Source: Takakia lepidozioides (lineage: Eukaryota > Plantae > Bryophyta). Taken from it: DNA of 64,000 nt. Every line of letters starts with the position of its first letter. Positions within the stretch are counted from its first letter, which is position 1. Under the pieces are notes generated by a model. That model searched no databases, was not told the DNA's origin, and saw nothing but the letters and a program-made list of their open reading frames with translations. The position numbers and the translations under genes are program-made. The stretch spans positions 1,798,001 to 1,862,000 of the forward strand of contig CM060731.1 in NCBI GenBank assembly GCA_030704615.1, given 5' to 3'. Below are positions 51,552 to 64,000 of the stretch, piece after piece.

Positions 51552-52128
51552 CGTCTCTCTCATTGCATCCTCGAAAAACCTCTTCCGACAAGCTCTTGAT
51601 TCAAGATGCACATGCTGACATTTAGTTACATCATCAGTTGGAAGATCCAGCTATAATCCTTAGGAATCAGAATTTCTCACAGATCTCAGAAAGCTCCTAA
51701 TCCCTCACTTGTTTAATCAAAGCAGGCCCTAACTCATGGAAGAGAAACTCCTACAATTGTAGACAGACTCCTAAAATTATAGGCTTCTTAACGTGATAAG
51801 GAGCTCCAAATTTATCAAATGAAACGAAGGAAATTCCAGGGGATCTTCGTGAGGCATAACAGCATGCTGCAGTTCACAATCTTCACGATGATTTGCTTGC
51901 GTGCATGCTCTCACCAAGGAGAGGGAAAGCCAGGAACAGAGGAGACTCACCGCTCGGTTCATTTGTCGTCGCCTCTATCGCTGCTGGTTCGTTACTCGTC
52001 GTCTCTTTCGTTTTCTTGCGTTTTCGGTCCGTAGTGCGTCGGTCGTTCGTCGTTCGTTGGAAGACGAGAAAACATCAACATGGTATCAAGAACAACCGTT
52101 GCGTTGAGTTGGAAGAGCGACAGGAGCG

Positions 52129-55100
52129 ATGGCGGCAGCCGGAGCAGTGATGCGCGGCTTGCGCACGGTGCCACGAGAAGCAGTGCCGGGTTTGCTGGAT
52201 GTTCTCATGGAGGGCACTGGAGTCGATGCTTCCACCCTTCTCTCGGACTTGTTACGATTTCTTCCTGAGGCAATCAAGGACGTATGCGTAATTTCACCTT
52301 TTGTCTCGCAATAGTTTTTCTCAACCAGACTCCTTTCGCACTGTCATTCATGCAAAGTTTATTGCAGTCGAATGTATGTTGAAATCCAGACCCATTGTCA
52401 GTGCATTTTCAAACCACGAGGGGGTCTGAATAAAAAAATTCACACGTCTTTCTTGGAGCGCAGGCTCTTTCCAACAGTCTCTTGATTCAAGATGCATTCT
52501 CAAATCCAGAAAGCCAATTGAGTCCAATGTGCAAGAGGCCAAATTTGTGGTTCATCCACTGAGTAGACTTGACTTAATTGGATTACATTTGTGGCTAATC
52601 TTGAGCTGGGTTGATGGCAACTAACCTTACCCTGGGAGTTACAGTGCATGCATGAAAGCTGGAATTAGTTATTATGTCAAGCAAGTGTTAGGCCTATCGC
52701 TGGGAGAAATCAATTTGTGTCGGACCTCCTTTGTGGGGATTGTACAGAGTTGCTGGCATGAGTGCTCTGAGAGGTGTAATTACGCACGCCCACTCGGTCG
52801 ATATACCGCATAGTCTCAGGAATTTTGCAATAGCGTGATCCTCGTGCACGAAAATGTTTGTCACAGTGTGATGACGGGATTGACCATTACATGAACTTCT
52901 TAGTCCATGGAGAGCTCTCCCACAATGGCGAGCATCTCCCGCCTTAGTTCTTTCGCCCACACCTGCACAGCCAGCTTGCACATATGCCGAATTTTTTTCC
53001 TTCATGCTAGAGAGAAAAAGAGGAAAGACATTACACCACAATTCAGGGTTTAGGCTTTAAAAGCGGGCAAGCATGTTTTGCCAATGAATGACGATTGGGA
53101 AGGCCATGTTCGTTTACAGATTGGGTGCTCAGTCACTAAGGACGAGTAGGTTGCGAGGGCTCCCCTTTAACCTGCTAGAAATACAACTACAATCTATGAT
53201 GATGCAGACTAACTTGTGAGTGCATCTTCACTGGTGGGGTTCTAGGAGGAGCCAGGGCTGAAAGGGGCCGCAGATATGGAGGTAGATGTGGAATTTCTGA
53301 GTACGTATGTGGGTACATTGTTACATCTTCTGAATGCTTCAGGTAAGCTGTTAGTCAGACAGAACCTTGCAACATCAACTGCTATTAGAATAGACATGCT
53401 AACAAATGTTGAGGAGCAAACTGACTTGAGTGTTATGTTGGTGTACACCAAAAATGTGAAGCTGCTGTAGGGGACATAGAGAAGAAGATGGACTGGCAAT
53501 TCCCTATGAGTGTTGGGTGTGAAGTAGCCTCAAGGCCATAGTTCCTGTTGAACTCATACCCTGCCGGCCCCAGTCATGGGGTTTCAACCAACCAGGGTAT
53601 ATGAGACTCCCTCTGAGATTGCAATAGCATGCACACAGCCGGTCATATGAAATTCAGGGTAGCATTGGTATTGTACCGAAGCCTGAGGTCAGTTCTAGAC
53701 TGCTCATGAGGAGACTAGAAGAAGTCAAATCAGAAGGTAATATTTAATAAAAGAAGTAGAGAGATCTCACAAGAGCACCATAAGAATAACAAAAAAAATC
53801 CCATAGGCAAATCATATCTCGAAGTAGTGGAGACTCACATCACACAATAGTAGCAGTAAATAACGAGTCATTTAGTTTCTAAACTGGTTTATAATGGCAT
53901 CTAAGAAATGAAAGAGGGTGGTGTGACCAAGCAGAAGTAGTCAATTCAACAGCTCATAAACTAGAGTGCTTGTCAGCACATTACAATCTAAGAGGCATTA
54001 GCAGTGTTACTCAAAGTGAAGTAACTTCGTAAAGCCAGTGTACACTGGCAGGACTTTCAAGATTGCAGCATACTATTTCAGGAGAAAACATTGCTGACAA
54101 AAGGTAACACATGGAATTTTTCAGCCACATAAATGTCGACCTTCCTGCCAATCTTTGCTTCCTATAATACAAACAACACACTACGGTCAGGGACCCCACC
54201 TGGCTCCATCAAGACAAGCCACAGACAGTTGGTGGCCAATTACAGAATGCCGGAATGCCAGGCATCAACCCTGTGCACTCGTAATGACATCCACTTTTGG
54301 AGAATTCTAACCTATGGAACCTACATCAACAGATTGTATCTCTGTTGAAGACCATGTGCAAGACCACATTACCATAAAATGTAGCATGAGTATGCATTTG
54401 TATAATGTGTCACATCCTGATGAAGTCAACTAGTCAAGCTTCATGATGTTAATGGTTACTGTTCTTTTGAGTTTCACTAATTTTACTGGCTTGGAGGAGG
54501 TTTGGCTGCAGAACATGAAGAAGATGATATGGCAAGGGTGGTGTGGAACGTCTGTATGCCCCTACTACGCAACAAGAACCCCAAGTTAACTTCGCTCCAA
54601 TATGAAGTATGAGTCTAAGCACTGCTGCATTTCCTGCGTGCATTTGGTTCTTTTTAGAAGCACGCTTGTCAAGACTCCAATCAGTAAGTTGACATGATAT
54701 GTATAATAAGATGATGTTGTGGATCTACCAAATTGTGAAAACTTGAGAATGATTCACCCACCTCCTTGATGCCACTTCTTGAAGCTGGAGTGAACTTTTG
54801 ATGCACCGTGTTGCAAAACCATGTTTACGTAGCATCTACTATATTGTAATGTTGGTGTATCACTGCTGTGTTGACTTGATTACCTCTTATTTATGACTTG
54901 GTGAGTTCTGACTCCTGACCTCAATAAGGTGAGGTACAGGACTGTGATTCCCAGCATTTTGGCCTTTGTTACTTCATCTTCCTTGCTTTCTTTCTAACCG
55001 TAGCTATTTGTCAATTACTACTTGAACATTCTTACAAGCTGTGGATATTGGGCTGTAGGTAACACAAATGTTGGCAAATGCTGTTGCGGAAAAGAGAGCA

Positions 55101-58100
55101 TGGAATTATATCAAAACATTAGTGGCTCATCCTTGCTTGAATGCACTTGATCCAACCTTGACATCATCCCTCCCCAGCTTGCCAGAGCTTGTGTACAGTA
55201 AGACTAGCTTATCACTCTGAACTGCAGTTTGATGTTGTCTCACTGAACGTTCGTTTCTGCATGTAGTTTATGCTCTTGCGTTTGAAAGGTAAACCAAGAA
55301 ACTGATTGTTTGATCGGTTGCACAGGCAGACCACCCCCAGTTTCAGTCGCATGCCAACTTGTGGCAGCCCTACTGTCAGTGGCAGTGGAGCCAATACTTG
55401 AGGGGAAGCCGATTGGGCAGGTGTCTGATAGAGCTCCTATAGTACTAGCTCAACAATTCTGTAAAGAGATGGTGTCTCTCTTCATGGCACCAGCAATGGC
55501 AATGCTTTCACAACCTTTGGATGGGTCTTTGCGTCATCATGCCATGCTCACACTTCTGCCACCTCTCTTGAAGGCTACAAGAATATTTGATTGGGACTCG
55601 AGCTACCGATCAGTGGAATCTACAGAAGTTAGGTATGATTACCACTTTGAGGAAGACACTTGTTTCTTTTAATTTCCTTGCAACTTTCAAGTAATTTCAC
55701 TGGAGTTGTGTAGGATGTTACAACTTTGGAGACTTGCAGCCCACATTTCAAATTCATTTCAGAGATATTGTGCTCAAGATCCTCATGACAATGGTCTAAC
55801 TGCGCTTGGCCCAGGATGTCATCTACACACAAGATCTGGCAGTGCTGTAAGGCACTTTTCATGCATGGGTCTCTGCAGCGTCATGATTCTTATATGGCAC
55901 TCGCAGCCTTTGCAGAACTCCTTCTCCCTCCTGTACATTTCACCAATGAATTACTACTCATGCAGCGGACTCCGCAAAAGTTTGGTGTTGATACGTTTGA
56001 CATTCGTGATGATCCCTTGTTTTGGGATGAAGTCAAGGCAGGATTGGTAAGAACATCCACTCAAAAGTATTCAGAAGCAAAATCCTCACCTAGTGGATTT
56101 TATAACTGCAGAAATGAGAAGTGGTAATCTTGATGTCATAAAATGAACTCTACATTACCCTGAAATCTTTAATTTATCCAACAGTGCAAATTTTAGTGGA
56201 CAGTGTGTGATAATCTTGAAGTCAGTCTCCTTGGAAGTGCATATGAATGTTGAATGACTGGGAACACGTTGTGGAAAGAAATAAACTCAGAACTTCACAA
56301 AACTCATTGAACTGAGGCTGTCTTAGGGTATTTTGGTTCGGCACTCACTGCAAGCTACAATCAAGCGATGTAGAGTTCTTTTCTGTTGGCAATTCTGTAA
56401 GGTGTGATTATCTAAGACATTGCACTTATGACAACAGAGTTATGTCTAATCAATAAATAAAATGGATTCAGGTGGAGGACGACCCTCTTACCAGGAAGAG
56501 AGCTTTATATGTTCTCAAACGGGCTCTTCCAAACCCACCAGGAAAATTAGATGCCTCAGAGACAGCAGGCCCCCAGCCAGGGCAACCCAGACATTCCAGG
56601 GCCCGGGAAGAAGGTTTAGATGCACCAGTCTATAACAAGAGGGACAAATGGGCTGAGAAGGAGGCAGTTTCTTTAGGGCTCAAAACGGGGAAGGGGGAGG
56701 TGCTCTCTCAAAGAGACAGTCGACGGGTGCGATGGGATGCCTTTGTTCTGTTGTATGAGACACTTGAGGAGTACGGAACTCACTTGATTGAGGCTGCCTG
56801 GGCCCACCAGGTAGGGAATTCTTTCATGTCTTATTTAGTATTGCAAGGTGGTCCCTCAATAGTGAGGTGGATACAGACACATAAGTGGGAGTCCCCAATT
56901 TGTCTGATTATTAAGAAAATGCAAAGTCTCTCATTTAGCTGTTTCACCTACATTAGGTTTTCAGCCCTGTGGGGGTAGAGTGCAAGCATGGCTGAGTACA
57001 AAACAGTGGGTAACAAATGCCAGGTACTAAATTTATTTGCTTAGAGGGCACGGGTTAGCAATCTCAACATTATACCAGGGTGAGAGTCAGAATCCACTCG
57101 CAGGACTTAACAGCCTAGTGGGGTTGGTCATGTTGGAGGTGTCAAGGCTATAGCCCTTGCACGGCACTCTGAGAACAGAAAGGGACAGGTAGCTCAGTGG
57201 TAGAGCACCCCACCGGAATGGGGGAGGTCCTAGGTTCAATCCCTAGCCCGACCATACGCCAGTGGTTTTCCAACATGGTATCAGAGCCAAGGTTGGGGCG
57301 GTGGTCAGAATGGGTGGGCATTAGCTATAAGGGCTATGCCTTGAGGGGGAGTGTTGGAGGTGTCAAGGCTATAGCCCTTGCACGGCACTCTGAGAACAGA
57401 AAGGGACAGGTAGCTCAGTGGTAGAGCACCCCACCAGAATGGGGGAGGTCCTAGGTTCAATCCCTAGCCCGACCATACGCCAGTGGTTTTCCAACAGGTC
57501 ATATGCTCAAAAGTTGCTGTGAAATGAGTGATGTCTAATGGGAAGGTGAATTCAAGTGCTCCTTTTTTAGAGCATCCACATATGTATGGGGGGAAGAAAC
57601 ACTTAAGAGCCCTAATGCTTCATAGCATACTTGGGCATAACAAAGACCTATGAGGAGGGCAAACTGCCGTGGATAAGTAGCCTTGGCCCTCAATGCCAAC
57701 ACAGCCACCTCTCCAGCAAGCAAGACAAAGTGGGTAGATTTGACCAATGTAACCAACCCTCTAGTTCCATATGGTGGGTATATGCCCCAAATCAAGCTTT
57801 CCAGCCTGAAGTGCTTTTGCAGGTGTTAATAATAGTTGATGGCTGGCTGTATTATCACAGATGTCAGTACTTCTTCCATTTTCAAAGCCAAAAAGTGGAG
57901 AGTTGAGGCCATGGGCTAATCCTGGAATACGAAGTAACACACAGGGGGTTGATGTAGACTTCAATTGGATTTCTGTACTATTTCAACGGGGCTTCGACCA
58001 TAAGAACCCACAAGGTGATCTCCTATCACTGTCAACAGACTTCCATTTTTCTTGGTCATTCCCTCTAAGCGATAGTATTTGTAAGTTAACTAACTTAATG

Positions 58101-61100
58101 ACACTGGAAGGGATTCTACTTCAGAATGCATACTTCACACATGCCTATGCCTTGGTTCCTTCCCCTGGTTTGGAAATTTTCACTGTGTGCACGCCTAGAA
58201 TGCAAATCCCTTCATCTATATTTGAGTCTTCAAATATGGTTGGCAGCATGGTATATGTTAGCTGCAATCTTCCATCTAGTCTAATTAGTCACTCTGAGTT
58301 TGCTTTGGTGGTTATCTGGTTCTGGCAGTGAGACGGTTGGTTCTTCAGTCATTTTTGGAGCTGGAGTGGGCGTGTGCCCCCAGAATTAAGGGTTTTGTTC
58401 CTGAAGACTTTGTGTTGGGGCCACTGCTTCGTGCGTTAGATGACCCTGTACATCATCGAGACTTTGGTAAGTTAAGCTTTTGTGTTTCACTTGGTGCATA
58501 CTACTTATTTGCATTGATTGCATGGAGAGAGTTCCTCAAGGTAAGTGAGAGGAAGGATTACTGGCAGGTTTGCATCGAAAAGAAGAATGACACAAGCTGA
58601 TTGCTGCAGGTGTGAAAGGCATATATAACTCTGATACAGCTGTGGCTGCAGCCAAGTTCATTTGGTTGTACAGTGGGTCTCTGCATTCGAGGTAAATGAT
58701 GCAGACATATGAGGGGAGCGAAGGTGGATGAAACAAACACAAAGATGAGAGAACAAACTAAGTAATTGGATGGACAAACAATAAAACCTATAGACTACAG
58801 AGATGACTGGTCGTATAGATCGAAGATTGATAGCCAGACTCATGGAGAAACTAATAGAAAGAAAGGAAGAAACTTTATATTGTCCACAGGGCCACAAGAG
58901 CCCATAGAGTGAGCATATCTACCCTGAATTTAAAGTTTCAATTTGCCATTCAGCATGGCATATACTGACATCTAGCGTAATTGTGCAAGTGCTTTCTAGG
59001 AACCGAGCAGGATTTGTGCAGCACCTGGCCAAGGCTCTCGTGGCACAGGCTCCATGCCGAGCAGGCTTGATGACACTTTGCGCTTGCCTTGAAGCTGCAG
59101 CAGTGGGACCCTTTTCTGGAAAATCACATTTATCGGCAGGATCCTTGCAGTCCAGTATTCCAATCCACTGTAGCAATTCAAGTTCAGCTTCAGCAGAAGA
59201 AAGCCCACTGTGCCCAGAGAAAGACTGGACAAGTTTGCAGCAAACTGGAGGAGAGGTACTTGAGGATCTGAAGCTTGTGGTAGAGGATAGCAAACGCCAT
59301 TTCAACCCTAGGTATCGAGCCAAAGGTGACTCTTGCCCCGAGACCCACTTTTTGACCCTCTTCTTTCTTTCCCTCGGGAGTGTAGGACTTGAGTGCCACT
59401 GCAAGAATGTAACTCACAGCCCTTATCCCCGCTTTTAGTTGTCAAATTGCCTGTTATTGGCTGTCTGAAAAAGATATCTGAGTCAGTTGGAGTATCTTTT
59501 GAGAATTATATTCCTTGAGGCCAATTTCTTAGAAAGTTTTGAGTGGCCAATCTGTCAATATGACCCGTGGCCAATTTCTCAGAAAGATTGATCACATGGC
59601 AGTTGTTTGCAATATGATCCGTGGCGTGGTTTGTGCAGTGTACGCCCATGTACTAGCAACTGCTTGTGCTCTTGTTCAGGTGCCGTATGTGCCAGTTAAC
59701 AAGTTGGCCCAGTTTCTATCATCTTTCCCTCAGGATCTTCTTGCGCAAGGAGGTTAGTGTAATCCTCCAATAATTTGCTTACCCTTGTGTTTTAAACTCT
59801 CCGACATTCCTGCCCTACATCGGTGGATCTTCATCGGTGGAGCTAATGATATTTTTATTATCTTCTTTATCAGGTGCTTTGTTTTGTCGTGTTGGGAGGT
59901 GGTTCTGCTTGGCCACTCTTTACTGGTAGATGACAATATTTTTCCCCTCTGGGTACCCCCAAGTTTCTTTCCTTCCTTTTCCGCTGTTTTCACCCTCAAG
60001 CTGAAGATGCAACAGCAACACTCTGTGCTATGTAATGCTGTAAAGGGTGCTAAAAGCAGGCTTGTCGATGGATCTACAGGACTGTTACATGGCATTCTAC
60101 TGGGCTGGCTCCATCCTACTAAAGAATCAGAAGATCTGCAGTTTGATTCCAACAAGTGGTTAGCTGAGGGGCTGATGTCTATGGTCGATGAGTATTTGAG
60201 GTCACAAAAGTCCACTGCGAATGCCATGGTTACTGATGAGGAGTTGGAAGCATGGGGAGTGGAAGCTGAGAGGTGGGCCAGGCTTTTGGCAGTTGGGGTT
60301 CTTGATGGAGGAACACAGCTACAACTTGTCTTGGTAATCGTTTCCAGCAAATTTGATTAGAGTATGTACTGTGAATTACAACAGACAGGATTTAGGTGCA
60401 TCCCTAGGCCGCTCTTCATTCATTTAGTCAGGACTTCATTTACATAACTAGTGCATGTCTCCAGCGATAAAGATGTCTCAAGCAATGCCTAACGAGCACA
60501 CCTGTGACAGTCTACAGCCGATGTGTGACAAAGCAGGACAATGGTTAGAAATGGTAAGACTTGGAGCCACTACCATTTCTTGAGGCTTTTGATCAGTGTA
60601 TTTGTCGTGGATTCTTTTGGGTCTTGTTTAGCCCATGGGCCATTGGGGTCCACTGTGGATATTGTCAGTTACTTTTTTTTCTCTCTTCAGGGGATGAGAC
60701 ATCACATTGAGCCCGCCACCTGACTTGAAGAAGAAGGGGAGGGATCTAAATAGAGCATATATGCTTAACTAGAAAGTGTCTTGTGTCTTTTGGGCAGTTG
60801 GTGGAACGGTATGCAGCAGAAATTTATCAGCGGGCTTACATGTTACCGTGCATGGCTGAAAAGGTCCTCCTTCTTCTTCGCAGTCTTCTCAAAGAGTGTC
60901 CTCTTTCATCGGCCTCCATTGACAACCCTGCAGAACAGGCTTCGAACCGGAGCACAGACTTTCAGAGTACGAATGGACAGAAATCAAGTCTATCAGGATA
61001 TGTTGCCGAAGCTGTTGAGAACACTTTGGTGAGGAGCCTAAAATTTGACTTGCAACGTGATGAACAGTACTTGAAGATCACCATGACCCCAAATCCCAGT

Positions 61101-64000
61101 TCTAGATTTGAAAGATTGGCTGGTATGACCATATCTGGAAAACCCATGGAGTGATGTCCAGATTACTTCTGCAAGAGATACCTGGGTTGCAAACTGGTAT
61201 CCAATATTTGGGCTTTGGAGCCTCCTAGTGGGGCCACAACCAGCCCCTCATGTAACAGTGGTTGCTTTGAGGATCCAAGACGTGTTACAATTGCTGTGTG
61301 AAGCTGGGCCTACAGTCATGTGTTGGTGTAATGAGTATGTCTTTGTTATTCAGGACGAGATGGCGCAGTATGCTATGAGATCCGCAGGAATCTTTTGGGA
61401 GTACCATATGTCTGGACCAACGATTCTTCCCGGTTCCGTGACTGGAAAACTAGGGGGTCCCAGTCAGCGACGTCTTCCATCTAGCACAGCTTCAGCTGTC
61501 CTGCAGGGGGTATGATATCAAAACTTATAATAACCGTCCTGATTGTGAATGCTTGAACAAACACAAACACATTGAGCCACAAGAGGAAAAGCTTGACAGG
61601 TGTATAGATAGCAGTTACAAAGGATTAGGAGAAGCTGCGCATGTGTGCAGACAGCATCTACAGAGAATTAACAGAGTGTCTCTCCTATGGAGGGTCTTCA
61701 GATTGAACTAGAGTTCAAAGTCCATCTAAGAGATTCCAGTCTCTGCAGGTGCGTGCCTGCAGAGGTCAGGGTTGACTTTGAACTGGGCAATCCCATTCCT
61801 TTTGGTCCTTCATTCTTCGGCTTGGTGGACGTTCTGAGCATTCTTTCCATAGCCAGACCTGTTCCCACTTGTTGAATCAGTGTTCCTTGACATCAGCAGC
61901 GCAAAATCGTATTATCTGTGCATTCTTGGACCACTAGAAATCTTTCCTAACAACCTTGATGGCTATGTGTCTTGTCGAGGGGGAGAGTTTCTGATTGGCA
62001 TCATTCCTACTATATCTGCAGCTATAACACACTTCCCTTTCAGCTAAGTGAGAATTATGTTACAGATTAGCTCCATCTTTTAATCCCTACAGAGGTCATT
62101 ATTTTTCTTAGTGGTGTATGCTTAGAAGAAAGTTTTACTAACATGTAGATAGTATTAAGCAGGATTTTCTGGTAGAACCTGCCCCATGTGATGTGGATTT
62201 CCCTGAAGCTTGTCAGACCCTGGCTCCTCAATGCTTTCTCTAGCACTGACTCAGACTGGTTTCCTCACCTCATCTGTTCACTTAGCTTGTCCTCTAAGTT
62301 GTTGACTACTAACAGCTTCTTTGTTCAAAGGTTGATTAGCAGATGATCAGTGACCTATGGTGCAAGACCGATAAACAATCATTCAACTTTCTATTGGCAC
62401 CTCAGCAAGGCTAAGATAAACTCCTGAGAACTCTTTGAGCAGACGACAAGCACATGTTTTCATGCATTTCCCTCCCAACTCGGGAAATTAAGGTTGCCTA
62501 ATTTACATACTCACATTTCAAACTGTTTACAGTCTTCAGGGCTTCAACTTGATGGGTGACACACTAAAAGAGACAATCTAGTTGGACTCACGCGTGATGG
62601 GGTTTCCTACTGATTGTTATGTTGGTTTGCCTCACAATCAGGTACTAGCAGTGATGACATTGGCAGAAAGCTGCATCTGGTATTGCGAAGTTAGAAGCGC
62701 ATCAGATATTCCTGAATCTGTAATAAGCTTTCTGTGGTACTTTGCTTGGGAAGTGGTCACAAGTCCAGCTTCAAAAAATGAGGTAACTCAGAAAATTGCT
62801 GAATGATGTTGTCCTCATTTTTTTCTTTGCCTGTGTGTGCTCCATTTTAAGTCTACTGGTCTTGTTTGGTGCATCATTATATTTCGTTAACTGCTCTTTC
62901 TTGCTCCTTGCTTCTTGCTCCTTTACTGCAACAATTTTGCCACTGTTTGTTTATGACAGACAGGAGCAGAGATCCAAGTAGGAGCGTACGAGGCGTTGAC
63001 AGCAGTCTGTGGTGCATTGGCTGCAACAGTGTCGCCGCATGTGGTAGCTGCAGCAGCTACCCAGGTTGCGAATGGAGGTTCTTTATTTGAGCCATCAAGT
63101 GCATCCACAGTGGATGTGTTGGTTAGAGCTCTTCTTGTTAATGTGGCAGCTGTGTTAGAGCAAGGAGCACTTGCAAGGAGCCGTCGTGCTGTTCTTGCTC
63201 GCTATAAGGCAAGTCAATACATGTTTTGATGTTGCTTCACAGAGGTACTTTGAAACAAACACACTAGTTGATCTTGACAAACAATTGCAGAGGATAGCTG
63301 TTGAGAGTTGACCTCTTCTCTGAAGGAGAATTGGCCCTCAATCTCATCAACTGAAGGATTATTGACAAAGCAGTCATTTTGTAAGCAGAGAGCATATCAA
63401 ATACACAAGAGTTTCATCCTGTGTTCAAGAATAGGAGAAGAGGGCGTGAAAGGGAAAAAAGGCCTGAGGTGTTTGTACTCCTCACAAAAGTGTTTTGTGT
63501 TTCTTATTGTTGTCAGTGGGGCTGCTTGGACTACCTTCTCTCAATTCCGAAAAGCTCAGTTTTTACACCAAAGAAAGATCCAGGAGAGGCATCCACCGAA
63601 CCTGGCAGTTCTATTGGGGATTCCATGCTGGAGATTATATTTCAAGATGCCATTGACAGGTATATCTGTTTACCGGCTTTTTATTATGATCATACTTTAT
63701 GAATGCCAAGACTGGAGCTGCTGAAGGGGTTTCCCCCAGAAAACCTTGTGTTCAGATTACTTCCCAGAACCCTACATAGATGAAAATTTTCCGAAGGACT
63801 TATTTAACTAATGATGTGGCATCTTTGCAAAAGAGTGATGGCATTGTACCGCCATATGTGTAGTTTTAATGCTCCATCTGCAGAGGGCTGTTGGGACCTT
63901 CTTTGTCTCCTGACGATTCTGTTGAATGCTTGTTGGTATCTAATCAGTTTGCACAGTATTCTCATGAATTGTTCGTTTACAAAAGCTTGGAAAGTGCAGG
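52129..64000 (+). CDS. TRM3: Large SpoU-family tRNA Gm18 2'-O-methyltransferase (TRM3/TARBP1, At4g17610-like), 5' part; continues beyond the window
   Basis: Multi-exon pieces FDIRDDPLFWDEVKAGL, DPLTRKRALYVLK, WDAFVLLYETLEEYGTHLIEAAW, LFQRGFDHKNPQVRRLVLQSFL, LDDPVHHRDFG, GKLGGPSQRRLPSS and LARSRRAVLARYKWGCL match my recollection of the plant family. The SpoU domain itself is outside the window. Confidence 0.8.
57131..57496 (+). mobile_element. TRIM (miniature LTR retrotransposon, 366 bp) with tRNA-like sequence in both LTRs, in a TRM3 intron
   Basis: 145-bp LTRs 57131-57275 and 57352-57496 (TGTTGGA...TCCAACA, 1 mismatch). PBS TGGTATCAGAGCCA (iMet) at 57276, PPT TGAGGGGGAG before LTR2, and 5-bp TSD GGTCA. 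Confidence 0.96.
57183..57254 (+). ncRNA. tRNA-like cloverleaf/Pol III promoter inside TRIM LTR1 (second copy at about 57404-57475); not a functional tRNA gene
   Basis: A box TAGCTCAGTGG, perfect D stem GCTC/GAGC and T arm CTAGG-TTCAATC-CCTAG. The acceptor stem has two mismatches and the anticodon arm is irregular. Confidence 0.75.

Noticed and set aside
52694-53160. Possible LINE 3' remnant in TRM3 intron 1
   Set aside because: Only a weak resemblance (NIFVHEDHAIAKFLRLCGI), which is insufficient evidence.
57183-57475. Two genuine tRNA genes
   Set aside because: Mismatched acceptor stem and irregular anticodon arm, and both copies sit inside LTRs bounded by a TSD.

Overview
Intron-rich nuclear DNA of a land plant, most likely a non-seed plant (bryophyte, lycophyte or fern). 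That placement is inferred from a VanY-type chloroplast peptidoglycan DD-carboxypeptidase and the style of the PLS-PPR repeats. Apparently intact genes: the 3' end of an ATP-phosphofructokinase, LHCB5/CP26, an intronless 978-aa PLS-DYW PPR editing factor, the 9-exon DD-carboxypeptidase, a PIRL LRR gene, an At5g65540-like histone-fold protein and the 5' part of a TRM3/TARBP1-like methyltransferase. About 27.1-42.4 kb is a graveyard of minus-strand gene fragments (ABCG11, a scrambled copy of the PPR gene, ETFQO, PR-1) and transposon debris. Mobile elements include a clean hAT MITE with an 8-bp TSD, L1 LINE remnants, Helitron-like 3' ends and a 366-bp TRIM whose LTRs each carry a tRNA-like cloverleaf. 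The top observation is that the PPR-DYW protein begins with the C-terminal half of a PDF motif, the ssDNA-binding module of organellar OSB proteins. The N-terminal half lies in an upstream exon that splices in frame, implying an ancestral PDF-PPR-DYW fusion of a DNA-binding module with an RNA-recognition array and a cytidine deaminase. All three local copies of that upstream exon now carry stop codons. All calls were made by eye, without database searches.
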